Shown: positions 59,301 to 64,000 of the stretch, piece after piece
How positions within the stretch are numbered: the first letter of the stretch is position 1
Layout: each line of letters starts with the position of its first letter
The notes under the pieces: generated by a model
The model's database searches: none
The model's input: only the letters and a program-made list of their open reading frames with translations
What the model was told of the DNA's origin: nothing
Virus record (IMG/VR): IMGVR_UViG_3300020451_002162
Span: 27,566-91,565 of that record
Direction: 5' to 3' (one strand)
From: a virus
DNA: 64,000 nt
Made by a program: the position numbers and the translations under genes

Positions 59301-60156
59301 ACCAATCGAAACTGTCTAAACTTCCAGCCAAAGAACCGCCATATTTATCTAAAATTACAGTACAAGTATTAAGAATACTTTGAGAACTATTAATAACGAC
59401 AGTATATACATCTCCACCATTAGATTTATTCTTCTTCCAAGACTGTATAAAACCACCAAATGAAAAATCTAACATTTTAAAATATACAGGACAATTTGTG
59501 ATATTGTATCCTCTACTAAAATAAGTTCCAGCAGCAGGAGACAACAAAGGGTCGGGGCCGTCGCCAGCACCGAACGGACTAACATATCCTTTACCAGCTA
59601 TCGCTGTAAAAGGTTGTACTGTTCCATCAAATTTAATATTATTTGCATCTCCTAAAAATCCAGGATCTTTTTTGTTCCACCAATCCTGTTCTACCTGTAA
59701 AGATGATTCGTCTCTAGTCCAAGGAGGAGAGTCTTCATCGTCTCCTGATGATTGGTCCGGATAAGTAGTCCGGTAATAAACTTTAGCTTTTACTCTGGCG
59801 GTGGCATCCCTTATAGTACATGTATTATTGTCTTTATTTCTATAAATATCAAAACCATCTGTGGATGTATTATTAGCATGATAATATTCATTCTGGTAGG
59901 CACCATCCTGGACATTCTCATCATGCTGTAAATCTTCGCAGCCTATTCCGACACTATTAGCATCATTTATTACAATACCAGCACTATTATCATTTACAAG
60001 ATTTACAGTCAAAGTACTAGGCTGAGTACCCCAACCTAAATTACAATTAAAGTCCATAACGCTAGCACCCAAGAAAATAGTTTGTGCAATTATTTTCTGG
60101 TCCATCCTGTTATCTGTCGTAGCGCAATAATTAGGTGCGCGAGGAGTATTGCTCAT
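53320..60156 (-). CDS. Large (2278 aa) putative tail/baseplate protein
   Basis: N-terminal FLGASV..GWG..STLTVNLV; ISELIDQIC..DW hub-like segment; coupled to neighbours. Confidence 0.5.
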   Translation of the reverse strand: MSNTPRAPNYCATTDNRMDQKIIAQTIFLGASVMDFNCNLGWGTQPSTLTVNLVNDNSAGIVINDANSVGIGCEDLQHDENVQDGAYQNEYYHANNTSTDGFDIYRNKDNNTCTIRDATARVKAKVYYRTTYPDQSSGDDEDSPPWTRDESSLQVEQDWWNKKDPGFLGDANNIKFDGTVQPFTAIAGKGYVSPFGAGDGPDPLLSPAAGTYFSRGYNITNCPVYFKMLDFSFGGFIQSWKKNKSNGGDVYTVVINSSQSILNTCTVILDKYGGSLAGSLDSFDWSAPGNYVGDLLKYNTTNISYGNIPNIFNVYGFLESFGPQFFGSSSYKVSDGFLATQIIDGLRILTGADDITKKAPGDNLHSEFGPKNAFSPFGRILAPVAHDPITGEYITTNKWGLIAPTDGKWTGNKRCNFRLDLSELANSIAGSDKKIKADSMSISELIDQICDDHGLDWTTSMINTPDGWVIKIIAVTRRFAPLVNGVKSTVSKLVCDDYPVGSFSYGKETNDAASRSLVIGPNQQRLYQAKSTRLAYTQSSYIFCPAGADGDGSTEPAPATATDNWRFIDYYQLGRISLPDISSVDCLTDTGARESVNSTLFHYGKVKFPAFYSTRNPILDERVTSLKNDEAVKGEIELKFNDRDSNFEDSELVHDPLTQNTQIRSGNYRQSQLITHGTDARFALDPCGGDDDTLKVANADINNIGEQTSITNRRFFPLYRDVVCPFFGYLLEDRYKIDAQNENTDFRRIRPVWYDFWTGQICVLFHKSELPKTRIGLKGRYTSYTLNRQSSVSMVSSVIDLATADPEQTAAPDATATSTPEAPPDDEEEVATPSYEAEWFIITESEFRSAMAGKDSFASYTLGKIYKTDTYVMLHSAYVERSKQHLMGEGYTAEKALELALKQNDWSWGYLQENFCGPEGAPGGDEVGSSTAMYKLPSEARKDLDLVCNFIKSVGQEFYGRQYMVMAPYLQSKTQTEPYKFNLQTDLGDIKVFKGGGEIRYNYEPCANDNGAWEEYGNQIDDNIICGDNNWATLTNDKGQINPILGYNATLSFDYFRYQLAQKTILNANNVGDPLDPDAISSVNPYFTYSAWDDAEALVNVDGVSKNKYYFENLLLSDLARDAGNFVIVDCLNNGVLSNAKFSDQGEFESPDTIEGLDAFGRNHGALKRKLYKTCNVSPKFSFLDPEKMLDARMIVSTEALRLNNSSEQYQTDPSNTVSATIGMEDVAIYTRAGGRRASRLRFLSRFFSPYIDTFNSLQSMTAVNDNSTGRNTKISPKCAHPFFAGIPIKSNTYCYGPWTNYPALLDSTGIFTTGKETEIRNPNTDFNVCYDRAIDLPTSNQKHLLIDNFITDTKFEINSDFAPWNFAGMSALDDVATKYVSGSVNYQTNIEVGSLDIAGIPLFNLGGSFNENTTNKDLVYTEFEDTYTFKDVKEGSLFSNNFPELTNINEYMAINDPGYISGDIVYKVPSIAIKDKNGNRLTSQYFTQAPILTNIMTSMGQNGISTKYSFRTYTRKLSLFDRQDIERSKKMAQQNMLRKKEIGELQQTINNNQFADNEAIKRAQNFNNTDDSAVPTFGTSPVTTIVCNAVKTLPKFSGLDESGAVTSTFSSPSRLTGSDVDDRIVRLAHTNDPGGSGHLAGGFTQQTSLSQIPFLHLEHRVDTHSKIYPDSELGDALKDSWGGSSIMSLDGIFSPISFYPTHTKSTYSISKYNENSCPICHGNKKIVRTYKKYKSSANTSSEYSSVHYYCDSCVKPYEKLNAQAYGSTTTTSEDGKLWPPYVITTGNGLEELRKFNAFMYQKIQRKNKTDRLGLSLNIPINITTLQPIVMPQHEFKNANAQNYSGAHPDNAHPALKIAEKDRSFVDKGRNSISIVGRGSIYKDIMGAGFNASNNISQPGGKSSVDAGIRNYDYDYLDSRFIDRFSGTHYGKLKDQKPEQNMRFVGIRGPMMLHGWGYDSEGYPVPNACDEPFDIDQYGRPKRFKRVRSVNSTSSFYKNLSIGEPFVTQENGGVSVETAKLQNIKLQNDTEISRGGLQEDITQNTEVWKVTYYDDMSDSGGYHAGTTDDPEGYCGSIISKTQKYINSTWTKKIKLKQFYLNWAERPDLWPVGPVDLRWDADRQVWAQPSPKVYKDVYITLEEDMVKDPDLDETFAARGFYDDVSYSNNALADNLRKLVYVKDRAGYTAPRGAKLYCRYDTDTGYYEPIAKQQFIVYGTIASGTTTATIKMSYVQGKKRGDTSPTMSVSFKNPLGFSTTSAGVGMFSYIDGYWTLISIS

Positions 60157-62117
60157 ATATCATCCCATGAATTTACTGTACTACATTGTTGATATGTCCA
60201 CGAAATAGAACGACTATATCTTCCTTCTGCTGGATTCCAAGATTCTTCGTCTCTTCTCACAAAAGCTTGTCCTCTGTTTAGTTGCGTTCTGTCTCCACCA
60301 GGAAATACGCTAGCATCCCTAGGTCCAAAAGGTCTTAAGCCCGACACCATTGCAGATACAAGACTATAAATACTCCCTGATTTATATAAAGGACAGGCTT
60401 CTTGAGACATAAAATATCCGTTAAATCCAGTAGGAGGCATTACCGTTAAATCTATATTAACATCTCTGGTAGTAGCGGTTTTAGCTCCTAAGTTCTGTAA
60501 TACAGGTCCTAACTCTCTACCTAAAACAAAAACTTCTGCCAGTACATCTGTAGGGCCAGTGTCGTTAATTGTAACACTTTCTGTAAGAGCACCAGATATA
60601 GCAGACAATTTGTTATTAAACTCATAACTATAACCTATAGAACCTTTTTTAGGATCATATGTTTCACTAGTACTAATCGGAATAGGATTCAGTAAACTTT
60701 CTTTACTGTTAATAGGATTATTTGTAGTGCTAAATCTATTATAGTCGCTTGGAACAAAATCTTTAGTATAGATACCATCTCTAGATGAATTTAAAGCCGT
60801 ACTAGCTCTCCAATATAATAAATTTTTAATACCACCAGCATTAGTTCCTGATCCGTGCCAAGCTCTACTAGCGTTATCAAATCTGCTAGTAGCATCAGAA
60901 GCTATATCTGACCAACCATCTGTGTTACCTGTATGAGGTACAAACAAGTCTCCGGTTAGTGCTGCTACTCCACTACCTCCGAGCTTATCCAACTTAACCG
61001 CACCACTAGGAAAAGATAAAGGAACACCACTTACAATATACTGAGACTTGGGACCTGTATAGCCTTGAATAGTGCCGTTTACTCGTATTGTTTTTTGGTA
61101 TTTCTCATTAGTACTAACTTCGATACTATACTCTTCTGAAAATATAGAACCACTAGGCATACTAGTCCAAGTATCAACAACTTGATATAATGCAGTATTC
61201 ATATCATAGTTAACAGATCTAATGAAATCATATTTTCTATTAGCTTCATTATCTTCGCCATGCGAATTAGGAGCAACACTTCTGTCTCCATCATGATTTT
61301 CTGCCGCATCTAACCTAGCCTCTACCCATTTACTAGCATTTTCAAGTGCTTGTCTATAAGATTTTTCTCCAGAATTAGTAACTAAATCTTCTCCTGCGCT
61401 TCGAATTCCATTTGCTGCAACTGTATGACTTACTTTAAATCGTGGAAAATTATATTCATTAACAGTTTTTGGAGCAGACCCATCTTTCGTTTTAATCACA
61501 GCATTCATGGTGATCTGTTCGAAATTTACTATATCACTAACAGGCTCGATACTCCAACTATCAACTGTATTTCTAACAGGATACTGGTGCTCACCAGACA
61601 TCAAACCGCTATTAACACCTATGAAAGTAACATTATATTGTAAGTATTGTGTCCAATTGTTGTCGGATCTATTTAATACTAAATCTGTAGCTCTAGCAGA
61701 ATCTAATTTATATAAAACATTTTCGCTGCCTTCAGGACCGCATTTAATTTCTAGTGTTGCTATAGGATTGCTTACTAAATAATTTTCTAAACCACTAGCC
61801 TTACTAAGAAATACTGATGGCCCAGCACCAGTACTAACTCCAGTAGCAATAATATATCCTTCTATATTCACCGTATCTTCTACGGCTGTAGTAAGACCTA
61901 TTTCATTTTGAATAAAATTTTTAGTAATACTAACAAGAGGAGAAGGAGCTTCATCAGCACCTACTTGGCACAACTCTCTAAAACCGCTGCCAGCATAAAA
62001 GATATCAGTATGCTCATGAGTATCTCCTGTATCATGCTGTATACGAATATCGTTTCCTGCTACTTGACTTTGATTAGAGTAGTCAAATAGAGGGTTAATA
62101 AAGACTCCGTCATACAT
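60153..62117 (-). CDS. Putative tail/baseplate structural protein
   Basis: 654-aa beta-rich ORF; AGGA RBS; ATGA overlap with the downstream gene. Confidence 0.5.
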   Translation of the reverse strand: MYDGVFINPLFDYSNQSQVAGNDIRIQHDTGDTHEHTDIFYAGSGFRELCQVGADEAPSPLVSITKNFIQNEIGLTTAVEDTVNIEGYIIATGVSTGAGPSVFLSKASGLENYLVSNPIATLEIKCGPEGSENVLYKLDSARATDLVLNRSDNNWTQYLQYNVTFIGVNSGLMSGEHQYPVRNTVDSWSIEPVSDIVNFEQITMNAVIKTKDGSAPKTVNEYNFPRFKVSHTVAANGIRSAGEDLVTNSGEKSYRQALENASKWVEARLDAAENHDGDRSVAPNSHGEDNEANRKYDFIRSVNYDMNTALYQVVDTWTSMPSGSIFSEEYSIEVSTNEKYQKTIRVNGTIQGYTGPKSQYIVSGVPLSFPSGAVKLDKLGGSGVAALTGDLFVPHTGNTDGWSDIASDATSRFDNASRAWHGSGTNAGGIKNLLYWRASTALNSSRDGIYTKDFVPSDYNRFSTTNNPINSKESLLNPIPISTSETYDPKKGSIGYSYEFNNKLSAISGALTESVTINDTGPTDVLAEVFVLGRELGPVLQNLGAKTATTRDVNIDLTVMPPTGFNGYFMSQEACPLYKSGSIYSLVSAMVSGLRPFGPRDASVFPGGDRTQLNRGQAFVRRDEESWNPAEGRYSRSISWTYQQCSTVNSWDDI

Positions 62118-62143
62118 TATATGTTATCCTTAATATTCCTATA

Positions 62144-63760
62144 TTAGCTTCTCTTTACAATACCAAAGTTACCATCATTAATCTCTGTAGGTGTCCATTT
62201 TTTGGCAGGAGTATGCAGTGTGTTCTCCATCAAATACTGGTTTTGATATCTATAAACAGTACCACTAACAGTAAATGTCTCACCAATACCACTAATCGAA
62301 CTAGCACTTGTTAGACTTGCTAAATCGCCAGAAGGAGCAAAGCAATTTTGAAAACTTACTCCTGTACTGACTGCTCTAGAAGAATTAGTAATCTTAATTC
62401 CTCCAATAATGTAATTATTAATATTTAACGCGGCATCAATAGTGATGTTATCAAAGTCAAACATTAAAGCATTATCATTATTTTCTGCATAAACATAGCT
62501 ATTATCTCCATCATCATCTTGTAGATAAGTGAAGACATTACCATTAACATTAATATTATTATATCCACTATCAGAACTAAATTGTCTCCAAGATCCACTC
62601 TGATTAATACCTGTACTATCTGGGAACAGAGCAAACACTTTGGTACTAGAACCCAAGAAATTATCTGCATGAGTAAGAGTCACACTATTGAGACCAGTAT
62701 TAGCTACAACGTAAATATCATCAATCCAAGTAAAATCATTATCAACTACGTCATTATGGTTTGCTATTCCTGTTCTAGATCCATACCAATCTACTCTATC
62801 AAAAAATACATTGGTATCACCAGTATGGAAAACCCTAGCATTTAAACCAGTAAAAGTCTGATCATCTTGAGTCTTGCCCCTCTCGTACAAATTCATACCA
62901 TTAAGTCTAATTTGCATTTCATAGTCAGTATGAACAGTAGTGCCAGTAGGCAAAATAGATATTTCTACAAAAAGCCCATTATAATAATCGTCACCATTAA
63001 ATGTTGCTGTACCAGCAGCTTTTGCTGCTATATCTAAAGAACTATCCCCTTCATTGAAGGTAGATATAATTCTTTGATCTGTTCTTGTATAATCATTATC
63101 ATCATGAGGCTGTAAGTAATTCCAAACAGATCCTAGCACATTAGTATCAAAATATTTTTCATTCCAGGCTGTACCTGCTGCATCTGGAGTACGAACTCTA
63201 AGACTTAAATTTCTAGAATCATTAACTGAAATAGTATTCGAATATCCTGAAGGAGCGCCTGTAGAATGAATCACATCAATCTCTATAACACCACTAGCAT
63301 TAGCAAAATCACTACTATAAGCATCAAAGTTACTATTATAAATCTTTACCAATCTTTGAGCGTGACTATCCGCGTTATTAATTCCACTAGGCTCACTAGC
63401 TAATTTATTTATGTAAAAACCTATTCCTATACCTCTAACTTGTGTACCATCATCAGTTGATGTAACACCATCAAAAGACACAGGAAACCCTGTTAATGCA
63501 ATAACACCTTGTCCTGTATATACTCTGTTATGACCAGTTGTGTCGGTTCCATCATGAGGAGAAAGTTTATACATATTAAACTTTGTATCAGTTGAGCCAT
63601 CGGACCAGCCAGCAGGATCTAATCTAGGATGCTGATCAACGCTACCGACTCCGGATGGTTTAATCCAGTATTCTGGGTCTAGGTTTGCTCCTACTTGAGT
63701 AAAGTCTGTAGTGAAATCTGTAGTGAAACCTTCAAAAAATATAGTTTTTGGATTGCTCAT
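62144..63760 (-). CDS. Putative virion structural protein
   Basis: AGGAG RBS; IFFEGF N-terminus, WIDDIYV, C-terminal WTPTEIN..FG. Confidence 0.5.
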   Translation of the reverse strand: MSNPKTIFFEGFTTDFTTDFTQVGANLDPEYWIKPSGVGSVDQHPRLDPAGWSDGSTDTKFNMYKLSPHDGTDTTGHNRVYTGQGVIALTGFPVSFDGVTSTDDGTQVRGIGIGFYINKLASEPSGINNADSHAQRLVKIYNSNFDAYSSDFANASGVIEIDVIHSTGAPSGYSNTISVNDSRNLSLRVRTPDAAGTAWNEKYFDTNVLGSVWNYLQPHDDNDYTRTDQRIISTFNEGDSSLDIAAKAAGTATFNGDDYYNGLFVEISILPTGTTVHTDYEMQIRLNGMNLYERGKTQDDQTFTGLNARVFHTGDTNVFFDRVDWYGSRTGIANHNDVVDNDFTWIDDIYVVANTGLNSVTLTHADNFLGSSTKVFALFPDSTGINQSGSWRQFSSDSGYNNINVNGNVFTYLQDDDGDNSYVYAENNDNALMFDFDNITIDAALNINNYIIGGIKITNSSRAVSTGVSFQNCFAPSGDLASLTSASSISGIGETFTVSGTVYRYQNQYLMENTLHTPAKKWTPTEINDGNFGIVKRS

Positions 63761-63820
63761 CTCTTCTCCTAATTAAGATATCTATAGTGCTAGCCAGTTA
63801 GTCTTTGATAGTGGTCCGAT

Positions 63821-63838
63821 AATATTAGTATATACACC
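63821..63838 (-). promoter_or_regulatory. Putative phage late promoter (GGTGTAT motif) for the structural operon
   Basis: Minus strand GGTGTATATACTAATATT about 70 nt upstream of ATG 63760. Confidence 0.5.
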
Positions 63839-63910
63839 AATGCTAATATGAATATATATTATTTTGGCCAATTTGTTAAGGTGTGTAATCCAATTTTTGT
63901 GGTGAAGTAT

Positions 63911-63919
63911 TGCTATAAT
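63911..63919 (+). promoter_or_regulatory. Extended -10 promoter for a divergent gene beyond the window
   Basis: TGCTATAAT; AGGAG RBS at 63993-63997. Confidence 0.45.
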
Positions 63920-64000
63920 GAGGTAAATTTAAAGTGGTGGTTGGATTTGGTGCAGGGAAAACCCCGTAATCTGATAATGACCAATTAAGCATAGGAGCTT

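Noticed and set aside
2009-62845. Numerous short antisense or alternate-frame ORFs in the track (e.g. 4796-4999, 27310-27561, 47801-48094, 57548-57793)
   Set aside because: They lie within longer motif-bearing genes and mirror their low-complexity codons, so they are treated as shadow ORFs.
1-64000. Bacterial chromosome or integrated prophage
   Set aside because: No ribosomal or housekeeping context and no integrase or att site seen; gene content and density fit a large lytic phage.

Overview
The window is a densely coded, AT-rich segment of a large tailed dsDNA phage genome, probably a jumbo-type Caudoviricetes. The host cannot be determined from the sequence; PVC/Planctomycetota is only a guess. 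The standard genetic code is used. The + strand (1-45304) carries, in order: (i) a membrane/lysis-like cluster with a TM-anchored ComEA-type HhH protein and a papain-like protease; (ii) an Ig-domain and Cys-rich fibre/decoration cluster; (iii) a glycan cassette (RgpF-like, GDP-fucose synthase, multi-domain GT, sulfotransferase); (iv) nucleotide metabolism (dCMP deaminase, B12-dependent NrdJ, PhoH, dNMP kinase); (v) recombination/replication genes (RecA, UvsY-like, DnaB, DnaG, RecB/Cas4-like nuclease, split DnaE with a DEDDh exonuclease, SSB, Rad52/Sak-like); (vi) a second GT cluster of eroded enzyme-like ORFs. The - strand (45307-63760) encodes four large putative virion/tail proteins. The most notable observations are an intein-free DnaE split at the palm/fingers boundary with a proofreading exonuclease gene between the halves, Ig domains that appear split across two consecutive gene junctions, a protease-centred lysis-like cassette, and a recurring GGTGTAT intergenic motif. 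No tRNA, rRNA, CRISPR array or IS element was recognised. All family calls come from motif recognition by eye, without database searches.
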